Of a DNA stretch of 64,000 nt, positions 51,725-61,354 are shown piece by piece (position 1 is the first letter of the stretch; each line of letters begins with the position of its first letter). The notes under the pieces are model-generated. The model worked only from the letters and a program-made list of their open reading frames with translations, ran no database searches and was not told the origin of the DNA. Source of the stretch: an uncultured Flavobacteriales bacterium. GTDB lineage: Bacteria; Bacteroidota; Bacteroidia; Flavobacteriales; BACL11. The stretch is from assembly GCA_905478555.1 (NCBI GenBank), contig CAJQIZ010000021.1, forward strand, positions 13,479 through 77,478, in the 5' to 3' direction. The position numbers and the translations under genes were made by a program.

Positions 51725-51741
51725 ATGAAGAAAATAATATT
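48305..51741 (+). repeat. Copy A of a 3,437-bp perfect direct repeat
   Basis: It is identical to 53957..57393 (offset 5,652). The two ORFs translate identically over their last 1,139 aa. The off-frame track ORFs 50280..50462 and 55932..56114 are also identical. DNA lines spot-checked at several positions matched. Confidence 0.9.
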
Positions 51742-54700
51742 TATAATACTTCATTTACCAATATTCATGTGGGGACAAAGTACAGTGACTATTTGCAATG
51801 GAGATAGTGTGTTGTTATATAGTAATTGGGAAACACAAAATGGTATTTATACAGATGGATTGACGACTACAACATTGATAGTTAACCCTACCCCAACAGT
51901 AACGGGTAGTTTCATTTTAAATGGTAATGCTGTGCAGACAATACCCAATACTTTTAGATTAACTCAAGCGATTAATTCTCAATCAGGTTCTGCCTGGAAT
52001 AGTGTTACATTAAATTTAACACAACCATTTAATTTTAATGTTGATATGTTTTTTGGTTATAATAATGGTGGGGCGGATGGAATAGCTTTTGTATTACAAC
52101 CTATCAGTACATCAATAGGAACTGGTGGTGGTGGAATGGGATATCAAGGTGTAAGTCCATCATTTGCGGTTGAATTTGACACCTGGCAAAACGCTTCTGA
52201 CCCATCATATGATCATATTGCAATACAAAAAAATGGAGATCTTAATCATAATGGAGGGAATAATTTAGCAGGACCTCTAGGATTTCCTACTGGAAATATC
52301 AATATAGAAGATGGTCAATGGCATAATGTTATTTTTTCCTGGGATCCATCATCATTTAATTTTAAGGTTATTTTTGATGGAGCGTTACTGGTTAATTATA
52401 CTAATAATATTATGGCTAATATCTTTAGTAATAACCCAAACGTCTATTGGGGATTTACCGCTGCAACAGGAGGAGCTAATAATGTTCAGCAATTTCGAGT
52501 AAACGCACTTGGAGTACAATTATCTGATGTAACAATTTGCAGTTATGACTCTGTACAGGTTAACCCACAGATTAACACCTCTGCATATACATATCTTTGG
52601 TCACCCAATTATAACATATCTAATAACACAATTTCTTCTCCTTATTTTTCTCCAGATACCACTACAACATATACATTAGCAATCACAAACTCTTATGGAT
52701 GTACATATATTGATTCGTTGACAATTAATGTAGATACTTCTGCTTCTAGCATTATATTTCCATTTGTATCACAATTCTGTCTTGGAGATCTACCAATAAA
52801 TCTTAATTCTGCAACACCTATAGGCGGGAATTATTTAGTTAATAATATTGCTTCAACTATTTTTAATCCTAATATAAATGATATTGGAATCAATACAATA
52901 ACATATTCCTATACAAGTTCCAATGGATGCTCTAATTCTCTTACAAATAATATAAATGTTTATGATTCGCCAAATGTTTTGTGCGTACCCACTAATGTTT
53001 CTTGTAATGGCCTTACAGATGGTAGCGCAACACTTACAATTTCTGGGGGGACAGCTAGCTACACTACTAATTGGGGAGGCAATAACCCTACGGCATTAAG
53101 TGCGGGAAATTATGGTTACACTGTAACTGATATTAATGGTTGTGCTTTTTCAGATAGTATAATTATTTATGAGCCTGGCATCTTTACAGCTTCTGTTAAC
53201 ACAACAAATGTAAGTTGTAATGGAGCTAATAATGGTACTGCAAGTGTACAATTAATAGGATCTTCTAATCCTCCTGGAACTGTATCAACACTTAATTATT
53301 GCACATCTGAACCTGGATCAAATACTTATTCAAATATTGAATTAGTTCAATTATTTGGTGATAATTTTAATATTGATAATAATACTGCGGGAATCTGTGA
53401 TCAGTATGAAGATTATACAACATCTATGTATGCAGATATTACAGAAGGGCAAAATTACAACTTAACAATAAATTTAGGAGATTGTAGTAATATGAATTAC
53501 TCAGCTGGAGGTAAGATATTTATAGACTGGAATATTGATGGAGACTTTAGTGATCCAGGTGAAGAGGTTGCTACAATACCTTATGGAATAAATTCAACTA
53601 TATCTATACCTATCACCGTTCCATATAGCGGAGTATCCGGCCCAACAAGAATGAGAGTGGTTTCTCAATATATTAGTACTCAAGATGTTTCTTTAATAGG
53701 ATCATGTGATGCAGGAGTTTGGGCTCCTTTATATACTGAACCATGGTTTGGAGCTACAGAAGATTATTCAATTGTAATATCAGCTGCTAGTATTACAGCA
53801 TCATATATATGGTCAAATGGACTAATATCAGATAGTATTAGTGGATTATCTGCTGGAATTTACATAATAGATATTACTAATGGAAATGGATGTATAATTA
53901 CAGATTCCATTATCATTACTCAACCATCTGCTATATCTACAGTTACATCACAAAATAATATAAGTTGTGATGGAGGATCAGATGGGTCTATCACTCTAAA
54001 TATATTTGGAGGTATTACAAATTACACTATTACAGCTGCAGGATTATCTCAAACTCTTTCTGGAGGAATTTCAACTTTTACAACACTAAATGTCTTATCA
54101 GCAGCTAACTATCCTTACACTATTAGTGATTCAAACGGATGTGTTTATACAGATAATATTACTCTGACTTCTCCCTCTCCTATCTCAGTAACAGAAACAA
54201 TAAATAATGTAAATTGTTATGCAGGAAATGATGGAAATGTTATTTTATCAATTTCAGGAGGTATCCCAACTTACACTGAAAATTGGGGATTAAATAATTC
54301 CTCATCTCTTTCTGTTGGAACTTATAACTATACTGTTACAGACAATAATGGATGTAACTTTACAAATTCTGTATCTATTACAGAACCTACTGAAATACAA
54401 ATTAGCTCTACACAAAACAATGTAAGTACTTGTGGAGCTACAGATGGAAATATTGACATTACTACTAGCGGAGGAACTTCACCCTACATATTCAGCTGGA
54501 ATAGTGGGCAAACTACAGAAGATATTGCTTCTCTTTCAGCTGGAACTTATACTCTAACTATTACAGATGCTAATTTATGCAACAATACAATTAGCATTAC
54601 TTTAACAGAACCCACTTCACCCATTGTTAGTTTTACTCAAATAAATACAAACTGTAATGCAGCTACTAACGGAAGTATTGATATTACTGTTTCATCAGGA

Positions 54701-57376
54701 TTAAGTCCATATCAATTCGCATGGTCTAATCTAGAAACAACAGAGGATATTTTTAATTTAAATGCAGGAAATTATTCTGTAAATATTACTGATGCTAATA
54801 ATTGTGTAATAATAGAAAACATTACTATTACAGAACCAACAGCAATAAATGTTATTTCTACACAAACTAATGTAACTAATTGTAATGGAAATGATGGAAG
54901 TGTAGACATATCTGCAAGTGGAGGCACTGGAAACTACACTTATCTTTGGTCCAATGGAGAAATAACAGAGGATGTCTTTAATCTTATTTCAGGTATTCAT
55001 TTTGTAGATGTAACTGATGCAAATGGTTGCACTTACAACTTTAGTTTTACAATAAACGAACCTTCTGGAATCACCTCTTCCGAAACGATAACTAATGTAA
55101 ATTGTTATGGAGAAAATTCAGGATCAGTTATCTTAAATGTTTCTGGAGGACAATCACCATATATTGAAAATTGGAATGGATACAACTCCTTAAATTTAAG
55201 TGTTGGTACTTATACTTATATTGTAACAGATAACCAAAATTGTAATTACACAAACAGCATTACCATTACAGAACCACAAGAATTATTAGTAACTGAGAAT
55301 ATTACTAATGTATTCTGCAAGGATGAAAACACAGGAAATGTGACTCTAAATATTAGTGGTGGAACATCCCCATTTAATGAAAATTGGGGAGCATTTAATC
55401 CTTCATCTCTTATAGACGGAAGTTATTCCTATACTGTTACAGATGTAAATGGATGTACTTTTAATAATAATATAATTATAACTGAACCCGATTCACTACT
55501 ATCTAATATCACTACAACGGATGCGATTTGTTTCGGATATAATAACGGGACTGCTTTGATATCTTCTTCTGGAGGAACAAATCCTTATACAATAGATTGG
55601 TTTGGACAAAACAATTTATCTCTTACTGCAAACAATTACAGTGTTTTAGTTGTAGATTTAAATGGATGTACAAACGCAATCAATTTTACAATTTCAGAAC
55701 CAACTGAAATTTCTATTACTACAAATACTACATTTACATCCTGTTTCGGATACAATGACGGAACGGCAATTCTTACTATTTCAGGAGGATTCCCTCCATT
55801 CACAGAAAATTGGTTCGGACAAAACCCTTTAAATTTAGCAGCTGGAAATCATCCTTTTTCTGTAACAGATTCCAATAATTGCGTACAACAAGATATAGCT
55901 GTAATTTCAGAACCAACAGTAATCACTACAAATGAAATTACATCTGATGTATTATGTAGTGGAGAAAATAATGGAACTGCATTCTTGCAAATTACTGGAG
56001 GAACTTCTCCTTATTCAGAAAACTGGAATTCAGCAGATATCACACAACTTCCTAAAGGGAATTATACTTACACGGTTACAGATGCAAATGGATGTACTTT
56101 TAACGAATATGTAATTATAAACGAACCAACTCCAATTAGCGTTTCCGAAATGGTTTCTGATGCGAATTGTTTTAATAGTGGAGACGGACAAGCTATACTT
56201 ACAATTAATGGAGGAACATCTCCATATATTGAAGATTGGGGAACTGAAAATCCTTTTTCACTTTCTGCAGGAATTTACAACTATATCATTACCGATTTGA
56301 ATTCTTGTACTTATTCTGACAGTGTTTTAATCAACCAATCTAATCAAGTTTTTATGAATTTCAGTTTAGAATCTCCTATTTGTATTAACGATACTTCCGC
56401 CCTTACAGTTAATGTTGAAGATCCACTTTCATCACAATATACTGTAGAAATAAATGACGGAACAATTAGCAGTTATTTACTCATTGATTCTTTAGGAAAT
56501 GATGTTGTCACGGGAGAAAAATTTACATTTACTCCTGTTACTTCAACTACTTTTACGATTATTTCTATTACAGATGAAAATGGATGTAATAGTCCCGTAA
56601 ATCAACCTTTTGATGTAGTGATAAATCCTTTACCAATATTAAATTTAGATATCCCAAACTACTGTACACAAGATAGTAGCAGAATATTAAATCAAGGTAC
56701 ACCCCAAGGAGGAAATTATTTTATTAATGGAATACCTAATAGTTATTTTGATATTGAAAAACTAGAAGTAGAAACATACACTATTCAATATAGTTATACC
56801 GAACCTATAACTACTTGTTTTAATTCAATTACAACATCAGTTAAAATAAATTCTAGTCCATATGCTGATTTTGCTTTCGGCCCTCAACCAGTAAACATTG
56901 ATAAGCCGGAAGTGTTTTTTGAAAATAAATCTGATTATTACAACTACCAAATTTGGACTATAGAGGATGGAACTACAATAATAAATCAAGACAAATTTTC
57001 TCATATATTCTCAGATACAGGTACTTTTAACACGCAATTATATATTGAAAATCAATATGGATGTTCGGACTCTGTAAATTATAATGTAGTAATAAATCCA
57101 GTTTTCACAATTCATATACCTACCGCTTTCACTCCAAATAATGATGGAGATAACGACACATTCGGACCGGTACTAAGAGCCGGTGGGTATACTAATTTTA
57201 GTATAAAAATCTTTAATCAGTGGGGAGAAAAAATATTTGATGAAGAAAATCTATTCTGGAACGGGAAAGTAAATGAGGAGTTAGCACAAAACGGAGCATA
57301 TACCTACACTATTATCGCATTCGATTTCCTAGATAAACCATACATCTTTACAGGAAATTTCCTATTAATACAATAA
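51725..57376 (+). CDS. Giant SprB-repeat adhesin 3 (1,883 aa): L-type lectin head, GEVED domain, SprB repeats, type B CTD
   Basis: It has a signal peptide. A legume/L-type lectin-like domain lies at about 51905..52510 (FILNGNA...RLTQA...QSGSAW...GADGIAFVLQP...GGGMGYQG...FAVEFDTWQN..DPSYDHIAI...WGFTAATGG). The C-terminal 1,139 aa are identical to adhesin 2. Confidence 0.85.
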   Translation: MKKIIFIILHLPIFMWGQSTVTICNGDSVLLYSNWETQNGIYTDGLTTTTLIVNPTPTVTGSFILNGNAVQTIPNTFRLTQAINSQSGSAWNSVTLNLTQPFNFNVDMFFGYNNGGADGIAFVLQPISTSIGTGGGGMGYQGVSPSFAVEFDTWQNASDPSYDHIAIQKNGDLNHNGGNNLAGPLGFPTGNINIEDGQWHNVIFSWDPSSFNFKVIFDGALLVNYTNNIMANIFSNNPNVYWGFTAATGGANNVQQFRVNALGVQLSDVTICSYDSVQVNPQINTSAYTYLWSPNYNISNNTISSPYFSPDTTTTYTLAITNSYGCTYIDSLTINVDTSASSIIFPFVSQFCLGDLPINLNSATPIGGNYLVNNIASTIFNPNINDIGINTITYSYTSSNGCSNSLTNNINVYDSPNVLCVPTNVSCNGLTDGSATLTISGGTASYTTNWGGNNPTALSAGNYGYTVTDINGCAFSDSIIIYEPGIFTASVNTTNVSCNGANNGTASVQLIGSSNPPGTVSTLNYCTSEPGSNTYSNIELVQLFGDNFNIDNNTAGICDQYEDYTTSMYADITEGQNYNLTINLGDCSNMNYSAGGKIFIDWNIDGDFSDPGEEVATIPYGINSTISIPITVPYSGVSGPTRMRVVSQYISTQDVSLIGSCDAGVWAPLYTEPWFGATEDYSIVISAASITASYIWSNGLISDSISGLSAGIYIIDITNGNGCIITDSIIITQPSAISTVTSQNNISCDGGSDGSITLNIFGGITNYTITAAGLSQTLSGGISTFTTLNVLSAANYPYTISDSNGCVYTDNITLTSPSPISVTETINNVNCYAGNDGNVILSISGGIPTYTENWGLNNSSSLSVGTYNYTVTDNNGCNFTNSVSITEPTEIQISSTQNNVSTCGATDGNIDITTSGGTSPYIFSWNSGQTTEDIASLSAGTYTLTITDANLCNNTISITLTEPTSPIVSFTQINTNCNAATNGSIDITVSSGLSPYQFAWSNLETTEDIFNLNAGNYSVNITDANNCVIIENITITEPTAINVISTQTNVTNCNGNDGSVDISASGGTGNYTYLWSNGEITEDVFNLISGIHFVDVTDANGCTYNFSFTINEPSGITSSETITNVNCYGENSGSVILNVSGGQSPYIENWNGYNSLNLSVGTYTYIVTDNQNCNYTNSITITEPQELLVTENITNVFCKDENTGNVTLNISGGTSPFNENWGAFNPSSLIDGSYSYTVTDVNGCTFNNNIIITEPDSLLSNITTTDAICFGYNNGTALISSSGGTNPYTIDWFGQNNLSLTANNYSVLVVDLNGCTNAINFTISEPTEISITTNTTFTSCFGYNDGTAILTISGGFPPFTENWFGQNPLNLAAGNHPFSVTDSNNCVQQDIAVISEPTVITTNEITSDVLCSGENNGTAFLQITGGTSPYSENWNSADITQLPKGNYTYTVTDANGCTFNEYVIINEPTPISVSEMVSDANCFNSGDGQAILTINGGTSPYIEDWGTENPFSLSAGIYNYIITDLNSCTYSDSVLINQSNQVFMNFSLESPICINDTSALTVNVEDPLSSQYTVEINDGTISSYLLIDSLGNDVVTGEKFTFTPVTSTTFTIISITDENGCNSPVNQPFDVVINPLPILNLDIPNYCTQDSSRILNQGTPQGGNYFINGIPNSYFDIEKLEVETYTIQYSYTEPITTCFNSITTSVKINSSPYADFAFGPQPVNIDKPEVFFENKSDYYNYQIWTIEDGTTIINQDKFSHIFSDTGTFNTQLYIENQYGCSDSVNYNVVINPVFTIHIPTAFTPNNDGDNDTFGPVLRAGGYTNFSIKIFNQWGEKIFDEENLFWNGKVNEELAQNGAYTYTIIAFDFLDKPYIFTGNFLLIQ

Positions 57377-57393
57377 ATGAAGAAAATAATATT
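53957..57393 (+). repeat. Copy B of a 3,437-bp perfect direct repeat
   Basis: See copy A. The first mismatch upstream is C48304 versus T53956. The first mismatch downstream is T51742 versus A57394. Confidence 0.9.
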
Positions 57394-57877
57394 ACTTTCA
57401 GATACTCATCATACTTTAGATGAACGCATTTTCCCACACCTTGAGACATGTGATGAAATATGGCATGCAGGAGACATAGGAAAATTAGAAGTAACAGATC
57501 AACTTAAAAAATTTGCACCACTAAGGGCAGTTTGGGGTAACATTGATGACCATTCTGCAAGAAAAGAATTCCGTGAAACTACTTATTTTAAATGTGAACA
57601 AGTAAAAGTAATGATGACGCATATTGGTGGTTATCCTGGAAGGTATTCAAAAGGAATTAAAGATATACTTATCAGTAAACAACCTGATTTATTTATTTCT
57701 GGACATTCTCATATACTTAAGGTAATGCACGATAAAAAACTAAATATATTACATATGAATCCTGGAGCAATTGGAAATTACGGATGGCATAAGGTAAAAA
57801 CAATACTTGCTTTTGATGTAGAAGGAAAAGACATCAAAAACTTAAGAGTAATAGAATTTACTAGAAAAGAAAACTAA
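57377..57877 (+). CDS. Metallophosphoesterase, YfcE/MJ0936 family
   Basis: Motifs are LLSDTHH, WHAGDIG, GNIDD and GHSH, and the protein is 166 aa. Confidence 0.8.
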   Translation: MKKIILLSDTHHTLDERIFPHLETCDEIWHAGDIGKLEVTDQLKKFAPLRAVWGNIDDHSARKEFRETTYFKCEQVKVMMTHIGGYPGRYSKGIKDILISKQPDLFISGHSHILKVMHDKKLNILHMNPGAIGNYGWHKVKTILAFDVEGKDIKNLRVIEFTRKEN

Positions 57878-58266
57878 CGAATCCTATCAGAAGACCTTAC
57901 TAATTTCTCATCTTTCTTAATGTAATATGCGGAGAGAAATAAAATTAAATAAGGAAACAGAAGTAAAACTCCTCCATAATACACTTCATTTAATTCATCT
58001 CTAGTAAAAATAGTTAGAAAAAAAGAAATTGTTATAGCTAGCCTAGCAAAAGAAACTACCTTAATTTGATTTAATCTATTCTTAAATTGAAAAATAGAAT
58101 AGAATGAAAGTAAAACGGATAGTAATAAAAACAAAGCCGGATACTGTAAATCCTTTATTACAATGTACTCTCCTTCCGGATTTACAAGTATTGGAGCATA
58201 AAATAAAATAATTAAACTTACTATAGCAGCAAAAAACAAAAACAGGGATTGTACTCTTTGTATCAT
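57874..58266 (-). CDS. DUF4293-like four-helix membrane protein
   Basis: The N-terminus MIQRVQSLFLFFAAIV is characteristic of the family, and four hydrophobic segments are present. Confidence 0.6.
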   Translation of the reverse strand: MIQRVQSLFLFFAAIVSLIILFYAPILVNPEGEYIVIKDLQYPALFLLLSVLLSFYSIFQFKNRLNQIKVVSFARLAITISFFLTIFTRDELNEVYYGGVLLLFPYLILFLSAYYIKKDEKLVRSSDRIR

Positions 58267-58426
58267 AATATATAATTTTATGCAAATATAGATTTTTTCA
58301 TCAAAATGAGAGAATTAGAAAAATATTTGTATTATTGCATAGTAATACGATACAGAAACACAAACTCACACTTACTTATTATTCTATAAAATTGACAAAC
58401 CGTCAATAAAATTCTAAAATATACAT

Positions 58427-60070
58427 ATGCACAAATTAGACGATCTTCAGAAGAAGAAAGTTTCAGATTTAAAAGAAATCGCAACAACACTTAATCTGAA
58501 AAAATTCGAAAAGTTAACCAAAACAGATTTAATATATAAAATATTAGATGAACAAGCTACTAATTCTGCAAAGGAGAATACTGTAGCAATAAATGAAGAA
58601 AAACCTGCTCCGAAAAAACCAAGAGCAAGAACATATAAAAAAGAAACTCCTAAAAAAGAAGAACCAAAAAAGGAGGAAACAAAAAAAGTAGAAAGCATTA
58701 AAAATGTGAATCCTTCAATAATAAAGAAAGAGGTGAAAAAAGAAACTGAAAATAAGCCAGAACAAAATAAAATTCAGACTCCTAATAACATTAAAAGAAA
58801 TCAAAAACAGATTCAAAATAACCAAAAAGCGAATCAAAACAACCCGAATCAAAAGGCAAACAAAAATAATCCTAATCAGAAAAAGAAAAACCCTAATCAG
58901 GATCCTAACTTTAATTCTCAAAATAAAAAAGGACTAGATTACGATTATGACTTTGATGGAATCATTCCTATAGAGGGAGTAATAGAAATTCTTCCTGATG
59001 GATACGGATTTATCCGTTCTTCCGATTACCATTACCTAACTTCTCCAGACGATATTTATGTGTCTCAATCTCAAATTAAATTATTAGGATTAAAAACAGG
59101 AGACTCTGTAGAAGGAAATGTGCGTCCTCCAAAATCTGGAGAAAAATATTTCCCGCTTATAAAAGTAGAAAAAATTAATGGTCGTCACCCTAATATTGTT
59201 AGGGATAGAGTTCCTTTCGAACATTTAACTCCATTATTTCCGTACCAAAAATTTAATCTGGTAGGAAACGGACACAACAAAATAGCTACAAGAATGTTAG
59301 ATTTGTTTACTCCTATAGGAAAAGGACAAAGGGGACTGATTGTAGCACAACCAAAAACAGGTAAAACAGTTCTTTTAAAAAATATTGCAAATGCTATTGC
59401 AGATAATCATCCTGAAGTTTACATGATTATTTTACTAATTGATGAAAGACCAGAGGAAGTTACCGACATGGAGCGTTCTGTAAATGCAGAAGTTATTGCT
59501 TCTACTTTTGACGAACCTGCTTCTCGTCATGTAAAAGTGGCCGATTTAGTATTAGAAAAAGCAAAAAGAATGGTAGAATGCGGACATGATGTAGTAATTC
59601 TTTTAGATTCTATTACTCGTTTGGCAAGAGCTTATAATACGGTTCAACCTGCATCAGGAAAAGTTCTTTCTGGAGGAGTAGATGCAAATGCACTACATAA
59701 ACCAAAAAGATTTTTTGGAGCAGCTAGAAAAATTGAAGATGGTGGTTCACTAACTATTTTAGCAACTGCTCTTACCGAAACAGGAAGTAAAATGGATGAG
59801 GTAATATTTGAAGAATTTAAAGGAACAGGAAACATGGAGCTTCAATTAGATAGAAAAATATCGAATAGAAGAATTTATCCAGCTATCGATTTAATTTCTT
59901 CCTCCACTAGAAGAGAAGACTTACTTATTGCAGATGGAATGGAAAAAAGAATTTGGGCTTTAAGAAATTACCTTGCAGATATGAATCCTGTAGAAGCTAT
60001 GGAATTCATGAAAGATAGAATAAATAAGACTAAGGATAATGATGAATTTTTAATAACTATGAATGGATAA
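58427..60070 (+). CDS. rho: Transcription termination factor Rho with ~125-aa K/E- and N/Q/P-rich insertion
   Basis: It has a Rho_N domain ([18 protein letters not shown]) and a CSD-like RNA-binding domain ([15 protein letters not shown]). Walker A is AQPKTGKT, followed by [12 protein letters not shown] and a C-terminal [14 protein letters not shown]. Confidence 0.93.
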   Translation: MHKLDDLQKKKVSDLKEIATTLNLKKFEKLTKTDLIYKILDEQATNSAKENTVAINEEKPAPKKPRARTYKKETPKKEEPKKEETKKVESIKNVNPSIIKKEVKKETENKPEQNKIQTPNNIKRNQKQIQNNQKANQNNPNQKANKNNPNQKKKNPNQDPNFNSQNKKGLDYDYDFDGIIPIEGVIEILPDGYGFIRSSDYHYLTSPDDIYVSQSQIKLLGLKTGDSVEGNVRPPKSGEKYFPLIKVEKINGRHPNIVRDRVPFEHLTPLFPYQKFNLVGNGHNKIATRMLDLFTPIGKGQRGLIVAQPKTGKTVLLKNIANAIADNHPEVYMIILLIDERPEEVTDMERSVNAEVIASTFDEPASRHVKVADLVLEKAKRMVECGHDVVILLDSITRLARAYNTVQPASGKVLSGGVDANALHKPKRFFGAARKIEDGGSLTILATALTETGSKMDEVIFEEFKGTGNMELQLDRKISNRRIYPAIDLISSSTRREDLLIADGMEKRIWALRNYLADMNPVEAMEFMKDRINKTKDNDEFLITMNG

Positions 60071-60087
60071 CTCGTGTTACAAGAATT

Positions 60088-60210
60088 ATGAATCAAGAAT
60101 GTAAACTCTCGGGTAATTCTGGCAATCTATTTATAATAGGACTTTTAATTAGCCCAATAGTAGCAACTATACTTGCAACTATCTATGCTTATGTTATTGA
60201 AAAAAAATAA
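60088..60210 (+). CDS. Possible 40-aa single-TM peptide (speculative)
   Basis: Manual translation gives MNQECKLSGNSGNLFIIGLLISPIVATILATIYAYVIEKK*. It has one hydrophobic helix and starts 18 nt after the rho stop. There is no other support. Confidence 0.2.
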   Translation: MNQECKLSGNSGNLFIIGLLISPIVATILATIYAYVIEKK

Positions 60211-60499
60211 CTGAACTGTCAAATCTTTAGATTGCAAAAGAAGGAGAATCTCAATATTTTAAAATAAACTTACACCATTTTCAGGAGTGTCATAATCTAT
60301 CAACTATCCATGTTAAGCTGGTAAAAATAAAAGGAAATGAAAAAGGGAAAAAAGAAATACATGCAGAATCCTATAGTCCAGTCTTTATTCTAAATAAACA
60401 GAATACTCCCATTTTGATAATCTTATTTCAAATCATTTCGTTTAAAGAATTTATAATCAATAAAAAACTTAAACGTAAAAAGATAGATAAAATAAATAT

Positions 60500-61249
60500 T
60501 TACAGATATTTAATACTAAAAATAACACTACCACTTCCAGTCATAGATACATAAATAGATCCTTCTTTATAAAGTTCATCTTTTATACCTTCTAATTGCA
60601 GATGTTTTTCAAAGATAGATTCTTCAAAATCATTCTTTAGTTTTCCTTTCCATTCGATTATTGGAAGTTCTATTATTTTCTCTACAGATAACACAGGAGT
60701 TTTTAGAACTAAGTCACTATATGCTTCTTTTGTAGAAACATGAATTCCTGGGTTTATTAATCTAATATTATATTCCGACAAATCTAAATCAATAGAGGTC
60801 ATCTTCTCTCCTATTCCTTCTACTAACTTTGGAGTATTATCGATAAAAAAAGGACAATCCGCACCCAATCGCAAAGCGTACTTCTCTAATTCAGTAACAG
60901 ATAAATTCAAATCAAAAAGATCATCTAAAACTTTTAAAGTAAAAGATGCATCTGCTGAACCACCACCCAAACCAGCTCCAATTGCTATTTGTTTATGTAA
61001 ATGAATCTTTACATTTCCAATTCCAAAATCGGTATGCAATAAATTCCATGCTTTTTCGCAAATATTCTCTCCATTAGGGATTTCAATTCCACTTTTGGTA
61101 AACTCAAAATTATCTGATTTTACAATTTCTAAAACATCTACACACTCCTTTACAGGGTAAAACACAGAGGATATATCATGATATCCATCTTCTCTCTTTC
61201 GTAGGATATTCAACCCCAAATTTATTTTAGCGTTCGGATATACAATCAT
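60500..61249 (-). CDS. ispE: 4-diphosphocytidyl-2-C-methyl-D-erythritol kinase
   Basis: The N-terminus is YPNAKINLGLNILRKREDGYHDI, and the GHMP kinase motif is IAIGAGLGGGSADAS. Confidence 0.88.
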   Translation of the reverse strand: MIVYPNAKINLGLNILRKREDGYHDISSVFYPVKECVDVLEIVKSDNFEFTKSGIEIPNGENICEKAWNLLHTDFGIGNVKIHLHKQIAIGAGLGGGSADASFTLKVLDDLFDLNLSVTELEKYALRLGADCPFFIDNTPKLVEGIGEKMTSIDLDLSEYNIRLINPGIHVSTKEAYSDLVLKTPVLSVEKIIELPIIEWKGKLKNDFEESIFEKHLQLEGIKDELYKEGSIYVSMTGSGSVIFSIKYL

Positions 61250-61354
61250 TCATTCATTAATTAGTTTTCAACAACAAATATAAACACATCCTTTTTTATA
61301 GGCTTAAGGAAATCATTTTATTTAACTTTGTTTTCGAAAATAATTAAAAAAACT

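Noticed and set aside
46346-57376. Highly periodic ~230-nt repeats plus a large exact repeat could superficially suggest a CRISPR array, a mobile element or a satellite.
   Set aside because: The periodicity is in frame and encodes SprB-type protein repeats inside long uninterrupted ORFs. There are no short identical repeats with unique spacers, no cas genes, no transposase or integrase, and no terminal inverted repeats or target-site duplications.
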